From NCBI GenBank assembly GCA_965221695.1, contig OZ244905.1:1248001-1312000 (forward strand): DNA of 64,000 bases. Reading direction: 5' to 3'. The notes under the pieces were generated by a model. The model was not told the DNA's origin and searched no databases. It saw nothing but the letters and a program-made list of their open reading frames with translations. Origin of the DNA: Gammaproteobacteria bacterium (GTDB lineage Bacteria > Pseudomonadota > Gammaproteobacteria > Eutrophobiales > Eutrophobiaceae). Below are positions 44,403 to 53,566 of this stretch, one piece after another; positions within the stretch are counted from its first letter, which is position 1; every line of letters begins with the position of its first letter. The position numbers and the translations under genes are program-made.

Positions 44403-45779
44403 ATGCATAAATTGATTTTTTTATTCGCCTTGTCATTGGCTTTCGTGTTATCTGGATGCGGCAACAATAGTGAAACCAGGCCAGAACTCGTAGAACCGGA
44501 GGTCGGACCGGAACCTGAGCCAGAACCGGAACCCGAGCCGGAGCCTGAACCCGAGCCGGAACCGGAACCCGAGCCGGAACCGGAGCCCGAGCCTGAACCC
44601 GAACCGGAGCCGGAACCCGAACCGGAACCAGAACCCGAACCGGAACCGGAACCCGAACCGGAGCCTGAACCCGAGCCGGAGCCTGAACCCGAACCGGAGC
44701 CGGAACCGGAACCCGAACCGGAGCCGGAGCCTGAACCCGAACCGGAGCCTGAACCCGAACCGGAGCCGGAACCCGAACCGGAGCCGGAACCCGAGCCGGA
44801 GCCTGAACCCGAGCCGGAGCCCGAGCCGGAACCGGAACCGGAGCCGGAACCCACGGCTAATTTTCCTGACATCGAATGGGCTTTGGATGCTGACCAAACC
44901 AGCGCAGCTTTAGGCGGGTCGGCGCTTGAGTTGAGTAACGATGAGGTAAAAACAGCTATCTCTGAAATTTCAGATAACTCTAATGCTTTGATTATCAGCA
45001 GTCTGGGCGTGCTTCTCGTCGATGACGATGATGACTTTATCGATTACAACTGTTCTGGCGACACCTGCGCGCCGGACCCTGACAGCAGTGATTTTGCGCA
45101 ATTTTCACCGGATATCACTCTAGACAGTTACGATTTTGAGACGCCTGATAACCAGGGTGTAATGGTCTACGGAGGCATTTCCTTTGCCCAGTTCCGTGTA
45201 GAAGGCGAATCTCAGCCGATAGTCGGCGCTAGTGAGAATCTCAGCTACGGTGGCTGGCTTGACCATCACTTTTTTGGAATTGAAGCCCGCTTTTTCAACA
45301 CCACTGAAGACTATGATCAGGTATCCCTGTACAGCTATTCATTCGGCGATTCCAGCGGCAGTAACCCTGCATCCGGCAGCAGTAAATGGAGCGGCGCTGC
45401 CATCGGCTTCAACGGGGCTGAAGAGTTCCAGAACCGCAGCCTGCTCACTGCTGATGTCACGGTATCCATTGAGGACTTCATGAATCCAATGATTGACGTC
45501 ATGTTCGACAATATCAAAGACCTCAGTACCGGCGATGCTTTTACTGTAATGGGCATTCCAATATCCTCTGTAAGTTGGGATGATGTTGAACTCATGGACG
45601 ACGGCTCTTTTGACAGGTTGGAAAATGGAGATAAAGAGCGCACAGACTTCTCTAATGATCAAGAGTTACGGAGCCGGATAGCAGGTCAATTTTACGGGCC
45701 TAATCACGAGGAGGTCGGCGGTATATTCGAGTACGCCACGATAGGCGGTTCATTCGGCGCCAAGCGTGATGCTGAATAA
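44403..45779 (+). CDS. Surface lipoprotein with a (Pro-Glu)57 stalk and a TbpB-like C-terminal barrel
   Basis: Lipobox LSGC after a hydrophobic signal; C-terminus [15 protein letters not shown]...GSFGAKR typical of TbpB-barrel Slam substrates. Confidence 0.85.
   Translation: MHKLIFLFALSLAFVLSGCGNNSETRPELVEPEVGPEPEPEPEPEPEPEPEPEPEPEPEPEPEPEPEPEPEPEPEPEPEPEPEPEPEPEPEPEPEPEPEPEPEPEPEPEPEPEPEPEPEPEPEPEPEPEPEPEPEPEPEPEPEPEPEPEPTANFPDIEWALDADQTSAALGGSALELSNDEVKTAISEISDNSNALIISSLGVLLVDDDDDFIDYNCSGDTCAPDPDSSDFAQFSPDITLDSYDFETPDNQGVMVYGGISFAQFRVEGESQPIVGASENLSYGGWLDHHFFGIEARFFNTTEDYDQVSLYSYSFGDSSGSNPASGSSKWSGAAIGFNGAEEFQNRSLLTADVTVSIEDFMNPMIDVMFDNIKDLSTGDAFTVMGIPISSVSWDDVELMDDGSFDRLENGDKERTDFSNDQELRSRIAGQFYGPNHEEVGGIFEYATIGGSFGAKRDAE
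44508..44849 (+). repeat. Coding hexamer repeat (CCN GAR)x57
   Basis: 342 bp with mixed synonymous codons ccg/ccc/cct/cca and gaa/gag. Confidence 0.95.
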
Positions 45780-45786
45780 GTTAACC

Positions 45787-45810
45787 GGGGGACGGATTTA
45801 AATCCGTTCC
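45787..45810. repeat. REP-like palindrome, possible terminator
   Basis: gggggacggatttaaatccgttcc, immediately after the lipoprotein stop. Confidence 0.55.
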
Positions 45811-45824
45811 TCGTTTAAATTACA

Positions 45825-45866
45825 GGAAGCTCGGAACAACTCCTGGATGGACTTGTTCAGAGCTTC
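45825..45866. repeat. Collapsed MITE remnant overlapping the Slam start codon
   Basis: ggaagctcggaacaactcctggATGgacttgttcagagcttc. Confidence 0.7.
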
Positions 45867-47316
45867 TGTTGGGTCCCATCACCACCAATTCAGACCAGCC
45901 GGGGTTAATTCTGTCCGTATTTTACTTTTTGTCTGTCTTCTGTTCCTGAGCTGTGCCTGGACAGCCTCGGCACAAGCGCAGTATGACCGCGCCACAGGCG
46001 ATACAAGGACCGACTCAACTGACCAACTGCCCTTGTTGGATGCAGGCAAGGCCATGGACCTGGCCCGCAAGTGGATGGATGAAGGGAAACCGCAACAGGC
46101 GTTCGAGTTGTTACGCCACATAATACAGGCCGCAAAGGCGGAAGGGGATATCGATACCATCAATATCCGGTTCCTGGCGGCTCAGGCCCTGCTGAAGATG
46201 GGACGACCGGTCCATGCGGCCGTAATCCTGGGTCAATTGGCCGTGGAGCGACCGGAATTGAACCGGGTGCGCCTCGATTATGCTGCCACACTGTTCACTC
46301 TGGGCCAGGACGAACAGGCTGAGACCATCTTCCGGGAACTGCGTGGCAAGAAAGACCTGCCGGCGCCGGTGCGGCGCAACGTGGAAGGCTTTCTGGAACG
46401 CATCCGCGCGCGCCAGCGGTTCCAGGTCAACTTCGATTTCGGCTTCTGGCGTGACAATAATGTCAATCACGCGCCGGAACAGGACACTGTGCAAGTGCCG
46501 CTGTTCGGCGGGTTGGAATTCGAGCTGGATGAACAAGCGGTCAAGGCCTGGGTGGCACGCGCCGGCCTGAACCTGCGCTGGCGTCACACTTACCTGCTGG
46601 ACGGGCGCGTCTTTTTCGAGACCCGCGGCGGCGCTGCTCGCAATACCGCAATCAATGCGGATGAGCATAACCGCACTTGGCTTACTTTGTCATCCGGGCC
46701 GCGCTGGCGCTACACCATAGATCTCGCGGGTCAGCGACGGGCCGGTCTTGCGCGCGCGGACATCGGCGCCGAGCGGCGTTGGCGTGGCGGCGATAACTAT
46801 GCCGTTAGCGGCTGGGCAAGACTGGGGCTGGAACAAAACCTGGGCAGAAACTGGACCGCCGGCGTCGCCGCCCGCGTGTGGGAGACGCGTTACGACAAAC
46901 TGGACAACGAGCTGGATCCGTTCGGTCAGTCTGTAGAATTAAGCCTTACCCGACGTCTGGGTCCTGGTTACCTGCAAGCCGGCGCCAAGCTGGCGCAAGA
47001 AATGACAGCCCGCAGCAACCTGCAATGGCAGGGCTGGGGAACATCGTTGGACTACATGATGTCGCTGGGTCAAAACTGGAATCTGAAAGCGCAAGCATAC
47101 ATTGATAAACGGTATTACGACGATATATACCCCTTGTTCGGCGAACGCCGCAAAGACCAGACACTGCTTGCCTACCTGACCATCTCCAACCGGGCGATAG
47201 CGCTGGCGGGGTACCTGCCTGAACTCACGCTGGGCTGGACCCGAACGGACTCGACTATCCCGCTGTACGACCGGAACAACCGGATTCTGATGTTGGGTCT
47301 ACGCCGACTCTTCTAA
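45847..47316 (+). CDS. Surface lipoprotein assembly modulator (Slam/DUF560; type XI secretion translocon)
   Basis: Signal peptide; TPR-like helices (RPELNRVRLDYA..L); D.NVN.AP; FGERRKD; P.L.....R.DS.IPLY; terminal Phe; adjacent TbpB-like cargo. Confidence 0.85.
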   Translation: MDLFRASVGSHHHQFRPAGVNSVRILLFVCLLFLSCAWTASAQAQYDRATGDTRTDSTDQLPLLDAGKAMDLARKWMDEGKPQQAFELLRHIIQAAKAEGDIDTINIRFLAAQALLKMGRPVHAAVILGQLAVERPELNRVRLDYAATLFTLGQDEQAETIFRELRGKKDLPAPVRRNVEGFLERIRARQRFQVNFDFGFWRDNNVNHAPEQDTVQVPLFGGLEFELDEQAVKAWVARAGLNLRWRHTYLLDGRVFFETRGGAARNTAINADEHNRTWLTLSSGPRWRYTIDLAGQRRAGLARADIGAERRWRGGDNYAVSGWARLGLEQNLGRNWTAGVAARVWETRYDKLDNELDPFGQSVELSLTRRLGPGYLQAGAKLAQEMTARSNLQWQGWGTSLDYMMSLGQNWNLKAQAYIDKRYYDDIYPLFGERRKDQTLLAYLTISNRAIALAGYLPELTLGWTRTDSTIPLYDRNNRILMLGLRRLF

Positions 47317-47467
47317 GGAACCTCTGATTAAGTCAGAGGTTCCTACGATACAAGGATGTATCGTCAATATCAATGACTGTAAGGCATTGATATTGTGAGG
47401 AAAACAAAAATCGCATTTTTGTTTTCCGTACTCTGACAAGTCCAGGATGGACTTGTTCAGAGGTTCC
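47317..47467. mobile_element. 151-bp MITE, copy 2 (target duplication CTAA)
   Basis: CTAA at 47313-47316 (includes the Slam TAA stop) and at 47468-47471; differs from copy 3 at 3 positions by manual comparison. Confidence 0.9.
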
Positions 47468-47497
47468 CTAAACTTACCAAGCCCCCCACACCCGACT

Positions 47498-48781
47498 TCA
47501 GACTTCAGCCAGCGCCTCTGCAAAGACGGATAGCAGCGAATCTGCGTTGTCTTTCGAGAACGGCAACGGTGGGCGCATCTTGAGCACGTTGTCATACATG
47601 CCGATATTGCTGATCAGTACCCCTTTATCTTTCATCGCGTTGACAATGGCTTTAGTCTCTGCCGGCGCCGGTGTCTTGGCTTCCCTGTCACCAACCAGTT
47701 CGACGCCGTTGAACAAACCATAGCCGCGCACATCCCCGATCAGTTCGTGTTCGGACTGTAATGCGCGCAGGCCATCCCGAATATATTCGCCCACGACCAA
47801 TGCGTTCTCCCGCAGGTTTTCCTGTTCGATAACATCCAGCACCGCCATACCGACTGCGCACTGCACCGGGTTGCCGCCGAAGGTGTTGAAATACATGACC
47901 TGTTCGCGGAACCCGTTCACCAGGTCGGCCCGGGCCACCACCCCGGCGAGCGGGTGGCCGTTGCCCATGGGCTTGCCCATGGTAGCGATGTCCGGGGTGA
48001 CGCCGTGCAACTGGTAGCCCCACATTTTCTCACCGCTACGGGCAAAACCGGCTTGCACCTCATCGGCGATAAACAGACCGCCGGCCGCGCGTATATGGCC
48101 TATGGCCTGTTGCATGTAGTCCGGCGGCACATCGGGCAAGCCCTCTCCCGAGAACAAGGTGCAGATCAACATGCCGGCGCAGCCGATGCCCTCTTCCTCG
48201 AACTCATCGATAGCCTGTTTCACCTTGCCGGCGTAAGCAGCGGCCAGGACCTCGCCTTCGAGGCCATCAATGGGCCGGTAGCGTTCTGGGAACGGCACGG
48301 CCTTCACGTTCGGACTCGGCGAAGTTCCTCCATGAAAATAAGTAGCCAATTCGTCCACCGCCGTGGTATTGCCGTGGTACGCGCAGTTGCTGCAGATGAT
48401 GCCCTGGTTGCCGGTAGCCTGGCGCGCCATGCGCAGCGCGATCTCGTTGGCTTCGCTGCCGGTACAGACAATAAAGGCCATCGACAGGGGGTCGTCATGG
48501 AGGGCGGTCAAGCGTTCAGCGTATTCCAGCACCAGTTCGTGCAAGTAACGGTTATGTACGTTCAGGGTCTTAGACTGTTTGTACAGCGCTTCAACCACAT
48601 GCGGGTGGCAGTGTCCCACGTTGGGCACGTTGTTGTATACGTCCAGGTATTTTTTACCGTCAGAGTCGTACAGCCAGACGCCCTCGCCTCTGACGATATG
48701 CACCGGTTCGTTGTAGAACAGGGGCGCGCCGGCGCCCAGCAGGCGATAACGCCGTTCCAGGAGTTGTGTATTGTTTGTCAT
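47498..48781 (-). CDS. Class III PLP aminotransferase (AGXT2L/phospho-lyase-like subfamily)
   Basis: YLD.YNNV..VGH; TGSEAN; YHG; FIADEVQAGF.R.G; TMGKPMGNG; NTFGGNP. Confidence 0.9.
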   Translation of the reverse strand: MTNNTQLLERRYRLLGAGAPLFYNEPVHIVRGEGVWLYDSDGKKYLDVYNNVPNVGHCHPHVVEALYKQSKTLNVHNRYLHELVLEYAERLTALHDDPLSMAFIVCTGSEANEIALRMARQATGNQGIICSNCAYHGNTTAVDELATYFHGGTSPSPNVKAVPFPERYRPIDGLEGEVLAAAYAGKVKQAIDEFEEEGIGCAGMLICTLFSGEGLPDVPPDYMQQAIGHIRAAGGLFIADEVQAGFARSGEKMWGYQLHGVTPDIATMGKPMGNGHPLAGVVARADLVNGFREQVMYFNTFGGNPVQCAVGMAVLDVIEQENLRENALVVGEYIRDGLRALQSEHELIGDVRGYGLFNGVELVGDREAKTPAPAETKAIVNAMKDKGVLISNIGMYDNVLKMRPPLPFSKDNADSLLSVFAEALAEV

Positions 48782-50245
48782 CTACATGACCTCTTGTTCT
48801 TTCAATTCATCCACCTGGCGCCGGATCACGTCAATAGCCAGGTCAATGGTATCAATGTGAGTGCGGTAGGACAAAACGCAAAGCCGGAGCATATACACCT
48901 CGTCAATCAGGGTTGAGGTAAGAAATATTGTGCCCTCGCGGCGCAACGCCTCAACCAGTTTCCTGTTGAATTCATCCACATCTCCCTCAACATCGGCATA
49001 ACGGAATACCAATATGGACAGGTCAGGTTCGGGACCGACTTCAAAACCAGGCATTGACTGTATCCGCTGCCAGGCATAACGGGCCAAGAGCAGCTTTTCG
49101 CTCAACATGGCGCGGAACGGGGCTACGCCAATGAGTTTCAGCGGCAGCCACAAACGCAGCGCGCGAAAATGGCGGGTCAGTTCTGGGCTTACATCTGCAG
49201 GGGACAGTTCCTGCTCGTGCAAAGCCCTGTCCTGCAAATAGTCGGCGGTATAATAATGCGCGTTGTACAACTGTTTGCCATCCCGGATCAGCGCCGCGCC
49301 CAGGCCGAACGGTGTGTGCAACCCCTTATGGGGGTTCATCACCACCGAATCCGACAGTTCGATCCCGGCAAACTTCTGCTTAACAAAATCACACAGGATA
49401 AAAAAGCCGCCGTAGGCCGCATCCACGTGAAACCAAAGCCCATGCTCGCGCGCCAGCGCGCCGATCCTGTCAAGCTGGTCCACATTGCCCACGTCAGTGG
49501 TGCCGGCCGAACTGACGATTAGCCATGGCTCAAGTCCCGCGTCGCGGTCGGCGCGGATCATCTGCTCCAGCGCGTCCGCGTCCATACGGTAATGCGCATC
49601 GGTATGTACCGCGCGCATGACACAGCCGCCCAAGCCGGCGATATGCAAAGATTTGGCGACACAGTGATGGGTAAACCGGGTGGAATACACCACAGCCCGC
49701 GAAGTATTTTCCGCTTTCAGCCGATGGGCTTCCCGCGCCGTTACCAGGCAGGTTAGGGTGGCGATACTGCCCCCTGAAGCCAGCACGCCTTTCGCCGTGC
49801 CCGGGCTGTAGCCCACCAGTTCCGCCATCCAGTCCAACAACTGGTATTCCATGCGCACAGCGCCGGGAGAACTGGAAAACTCACCGGCATACTCGTCCAT
49901 CACCGCGGCCATGTAATCCCCCAGGGCCGAGTAATACATGCTGCACGGCGCTATATAGCCGAAGAACTTGCCGGAAACAGCGCAGAGCGCCTGGTCGTCC
50001 ACATTCTCCTTGTAAATCCGCAGGATTTCCCCGATCTCGATACCGTCTTCTGCTATGGGGAAATCATTCAGACCGGCTCCCATATCCTCGGTAAAGTTAA
50101 ACGCCGGACGCGCCGGCAAACCTTCAAGGAACCGCTCGGTATAGTCATTCACCGCGTCCAGCAACTCCCGGCGCCGGTCTGCGTCCGGTTCCATGATGCC
50201 GGCCTGTTCCGCAAAAGTGTTAATTTGCCGGATCAGGTCTTCCAT
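48782..50245 (-). CDS. Group II PLP-dependent decarboxylase (aromatic L-amino acid decarboxylase-like)
   Basis: GGS.A; H..V.K; AGTT..G.VD; WFHVDAAYGG; DS...NPHK; ELTR.FRALRLW. Confidence 0.9.
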   Translation of the reverse strand: MEDLIRQINTFAEQAGIMEPDADRRRELLDAVNDYTERFLEGLPARPAFNFTEDMGAGLNDFPIAEDGIEIGEILRIYKENVDDQALCAVSGKFFGYIAPCSMYYSALGDYMAAVMDEYAGEFSSSPGAVRMEYQLLDWMAELVGYSPGTAKGVLASGGSIATLTCLVTAREAHRLKAENTSRAVVYSTRFTHHCVAKSLHIAGLGGCVMRAVHTDAHYRMDADALEQMIRADRDAGLEPWLIVSSAGTTDVGNVDQLDRIGALAREHGLWFHVDAAYGGFFILCDFVKQKFAGIELSDSVVMNPHKGLHTPFGLGAALIRDGKQLYNAHYYTADYLQDRALHEQELSPADVSPELTRHFRALRLWLPLKLIGVAPFRAMLSEKLLLARYAWQRIQSMPGFEVGPEPDLSILVFRYADVEGDVDEFNRKLVEALRREGTIFLTSTLIDEVYMLRLCVLSYRTHIDTIDLAIDVIRRQVDELKEQEVM

Positions 50246-50269
50246 CGCAGCAGCACAGCGCGCGTGCTC

Positions 50270-52015
50270 TCAGGCGGCAGCGCCCTGCTCGAACAAGCTG
50301 TCCCGCAGGGGTGGTTTGGTCTTGGCCTGGATGCATACTTCAGGAGGAATGTCGAACACGAGCGCCTGATCGGGACCGATGCCCTCCTCGCGCAAGCAGG
50401 CAGCCATATCGTCGTCAGCCTCGGTGAACCCGGCCCGGCGGTTGAACTCCCATTCATCCTCCAGGCACTGCCAGCCCTGGTCGGCAATCTGCTGGCGCGT
50501 CACTTCCTCACCGTAGAACAAGCTGTAACAGCGACGGATTTCATCCAGGTTGGGTTGCATGAACTGGCACAGGCCGGAGGAGTCGCACACTGCGTTGACG
50601 ATCTGCGCATCCTGGGAGGCGCGTACCGCATCCTCACCCGCCAGTTCGGGGTCGATGACCAGGCCGGCAGTGTGGTCCGCGCCCATGGCGCTGGTGGAAT
50701 AGGTCACTCCCGCCGCCTTCAGCGGACGCGGGTCCCAGGCCGGCAATGCCTGCCCCTTGGCCACCGGTATGCGGTGGTGCTTGCGGTGCAGACCAATGGA
50801 CTGCGCGCCATCACCCACCAGCCTGCCGAGTTCCGTGCAGTTGCCCACCTCGTTACGCAGCAGGGACTTCGCCCCTTCCGCATCGCCCCAGTTCATGCCA
50901 CCGGAATCCATGTAAACGGCAATGGCCGCTCCCGTTTCGATGGTGTCCATGCCCAGTTCATCACACAGACGGTCCAGGTCGGCCACATCCTCCCAGTTGT
51001 TGATGGCGCAACACGAACCCAGCAGTGTCAGGGTTTCAAATTCCAATGCAGATGTCACGTAATTGCCGGCGGCATCATGGATGATGTTGGAACAGCGCAC
51101 GATGCAGCCGGTCATGCAGTTGTGCATCCCGCCGCCGCGTTCAGGGAACGCTTCATGGATGCGGGCGCCGTCGAGCCTGTCCACGTCCGGGTTGCGGCCC
51201 TCGGTGCGGTTCTTGTAGGGAAAAGTGTGCAACATGTTGGCCATGGGTACGCCGGTACTGGTGCCGCCCTTGAAGATATTGTGGCGACCATCGCTTAGAT
51301 AGGTCTTGCTGAAGGTCTTGTTATGGGCGTTGAAGCCCTTGCTGTCCGCCGCCTGCCTGATACGCGCCTTGGCCGGCTCTATCACTACCCATTTCAGACA
51401 TTTTGAACCCATTACCGCGCCGACCCCGCCGCGCGCAGCATGGCGCGCCGGATGCCGCCCCTTACTCTTGTCGGTGGTGGCGACGGACGCGGTTTTAAGC
51501 ATCATCTCGCCGGCCGGCCCGATGCTGATGGCGCAGGCATTTTTTGCGCGGCCGGCCAGGAGTTTTTCGCAACAGGCATAATTCCACAGCCCCTTGTACT
51601 CATCCGCTTCGACCAGTTCGGCTCCCTGCGCCGACACCACCAGTCCCCAGCGCCGTGCGCGGTCGGCAGGCTGGCCGGTCACGATAACGGCCCGGTAACC
51701 CAGCTTCATTAAATCCTGTCCGGGTTCGCCGCCGGTGTTGGCTTCCTTGATGCCGCCTGTTAAAGGGCTTTTACAACCCACGGACAAACGTCCCGAAGTG
51801 GGCGCCGAGGTTCCCGACAGAATGCCCGGGGCCAGTACCAGGATGTTTTCAGGCCCCATCGGGTCGCAGCCGGGATCGCACTCCTCCAACAGGATGCGCG
51901 CAGAGAGGGAACGCCCTCCGAGGTACTTCCAGTCGGCCGGAAATTCCTCTATGGTCACTTTCAGATTCGTCATATCGACCCGAATCAACCTGTCGTTATC
52001 CCAGACCCCGTTCAT
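50270..52015 (-). CDS. Aldehyde:ferredoxin oxidoreductase family (tungstopterin)
   Basis: KSPLTGGIKEAN.GG; IGPAGE; RGGVGAVMGSK.LK; C..GC...C; CDELGMDTIE; start placed at ATG 52015 with AGGAGA Shine-Dalgarno. Confidence 0.92.
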   Translation of the reverse strand: MNGVWDNDRLIRVDMTNLKVTIEEFPADWKYLGGRSLSARILLEECDPGCDPMGPENILVLAPGILSGTSAPTSGRLSVGCKSPLTGGIKEANTGGEPGQDLMKLGYRAVIVTGQPADRARRWGLVVSAQGAELVEADEYKGLWNYACCEKLLAGRAKNACAISIGPAGEMMLKTASVATTDKSKGRHPARHAARGGVGAVMGSKCLKWVVIEPAKARIRQAADSKGFNAHNKTFSKTYLSDGRHNIFKGGTSTGVPMANMLHTFPYKNRTEGRNPDVDRLDGARIHEAFPERGGGMHNCMTGCIVRCSNIIHDAAGNYVTSALEFETLTLLGSCCAINNWEDVADLDRLCDELGMDTIETGAAIAVYMDSGGMNWGDAEGAKSLLRNEVGNCTELGRLVGDGAQSIGLHRKHHRIPVAKGQALPAWDPRPLKAAGVTYSTSAMGADHTAGLVIDPELAGEDAVRASQDAQIVNAVCDSSGLCQFMQPNLDEIRRCYSLFYGEEVTRQQIADQGWQCLEDEWEFNRRAGFTEADDDMAACLREEGIGPDQALVFDIPPEVCIQAKTKPPLRDSLFEQGAAA

Positions 52016-52146
52016 ATCTGTCTCCTCGGCTGTTGCGGATTGGCTTATTATCACCACCGGAAGACTGATAGTCCAATACTTTGTCGCATGCACCGGCGCT
52101 ATATACGAGCTGTTATGTTTAATAGAAGATCTAAACAAACCCATCT

Positions 52147-52196
52147 TGGGATCGCAGGCGTTCCGCCTGCCTGCGGGCGGGACGCCCTCGCTCCCA
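52147..52196. repeat. Inverted REP doublet
   Basis: tgggatcgcaggcgttccgcctgc-ct-gcgggcgggacgccctcgctccca. Confidence 0.7.
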
Positions 52197-52274
52197 GGGG
52201 GGCGGCCAGGTTTACAAGCGCCGCGCTTGGCTATAAACATAGTCTGTCTGCTGCGAACAGGGTAATATGACTTT

Positions 52275-53498
52275 ATGCCTGGCAAGACAAAAAACATCTC
52301 CGTCGCAAACTTCAGTCTCAGCGACCTGCCTGACGATTACTACGACGACCCCTACCCTTACTACCGCGCATTGCGGGAACAGGATCCGGTACACCGCATG
52401 GCGGACGGCAGTTATTTCTTTACCCGCCACGCTGACCTGTTTCGCATCTACCGCGATGCGAAGCTGTTCATCTCCGACAAAAAGAAAATATTCAAACCAC
52501 TGTTCGGGGACACATTATTATACGAACACCATACGACCAGCCTGGTGTTCAACGACCCGCCGCTGCACACCCATGTGCGCAAAGCCATCGGCGACGCGCT
52601 CTCGCACAAGACCCTGGTGGCGATGGAACCGGGTCTGCGCCGGTTGACCGGGGAGCTGTTGGACCGCATCGAAGAGAAGAGAGAGTTCGACCTCATGGCG
52701 GATTTCGCGGCGCAGATTCCCGTCGAGGTGATCGGCAACCTGTTACGCCTGCCGCGGCAGGACCGCGGCGCGCTGCAACGCTGGGCCAACGCCATCCTGG
52801 GCGCTCTGGAATTCGACTTATCCCCGGACAAGCTTGACCACGGCAACCGCTGCGTCAAAGAGTTCCTGGATTACCTGGAAGGTCTGGTCGAAGACCGGCG
52901 CAACAATCTCTCGGATGATCACGACGACATACTGAGCCGGTTGATAAAATGGGAATCCGACGGCTTTGTACTCACCGGCAAACAGCTCTATCACCAGTGC
53001 ATTTTTATCCTGAACGCGGGCCATGAAACCACCGCCAACCTGATCGGCAACGGCGTATATTGCCTGCTCACCCACCCCGACCAACTGCGGTTGCTGAAAG
53101 ATCGGCCTGGTCTGATCGAGTCAGCAGTCGAAGAATTATTGAGATACGAAGCGCCGGTGCAGCTCGGCAACCGGCTTACGAGTACGGCTACGCAATTCGA
53201 TGACGTGATCATCCCTGCGCACACGAACCTGACTTTCGCCATTGGCGGGGCAAACCGGGACCCCGCGGTTTACCCGGACCCGGACCGGCTCGACCTTACC
53301 CGCAATCCGCGTAACCACATGGCCTTCGGCGGCGGGATTCACACCTGCGCCGGCCTCAACGTGGCGCGCCTCGAAGCCCGCATCGCCATTTCGGCATTGT
53401 TCAACCGCTTCCCCGACCTGACCCTGACCGGTTCACCGGTGCGGGACAAACGCGCCCGCTTCCGCGGCCTGCTGTCATTGCCAATGTCTGTTTACTGA
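52275..53498 (+). CDS. Cytochrome P450
   Basis: AGHETT; ExxR (EELLRY); heme motif FGGGIHTCAG. Confidence 0.97.
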   Translation: MPGKTKNISVANFSLSDLPDDYYDDPYPYYRALREQDPVHRMADGSYFFTRHADLFRIYRDAKLFISDKKKIFKPLFGDTLLYEHHTTSLVFNDPPLHTHVRKAIGDALSHKTLVAMEPGLRRLTGELLDRIEEKREFDLMADFAAQIPVEVIGNLLRLPRQDRGALQRWANAILGALEFDLSPDKLDHGNRCVKEFLDYLEGLVEDRRNNLSDDHDDILSRLIKWESDGFVLTGKQLYHQCIFILNAGHETTANLIGNGVYCLLTHPDQLRLLKDRPGLIESAVEELLRYEAPVQLGNRLTSTATQFDDVIIPAHTNLTFAIGGANRDPAVYPDPDRLDLTRNPRNHMAFGGGIHTCAGLNVARLEARIAISALFNRFPDLTLTGSPVRDKRARFRGLLSLPMSVY

Positions 53499-53512
53499 TT
53501 GTATGAACATGT

Positions 53513-53542
53513 ATATACAGGATGATTTTTCATCCTGTATAT
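53513..53542. terminator. Hairpin between the convergent P450 and MarR genes
   Basis: atatacaggatga-tttt-tcatcctgtatat (13-bp stem). Confidence 0.55.
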
Positions 53543-53566
53543 CCTTTTCATCCATATTAAACCATC

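Noticed and set aside
44372-44897. Minus-strand ORFs with (GS)n and Arg/Phe-rich repeats
   Set aside because: They are antisense shadows of the PE repeat; only the plus frame has a signal peptide and a folded domain.
52016-52297. 94-aa N-terminal extension of the AOR ORF
   Set aside because: It runs through a REP doublet and overlaps the P450 start; a strong Shine-Dalgarno precedes ATG 52015.
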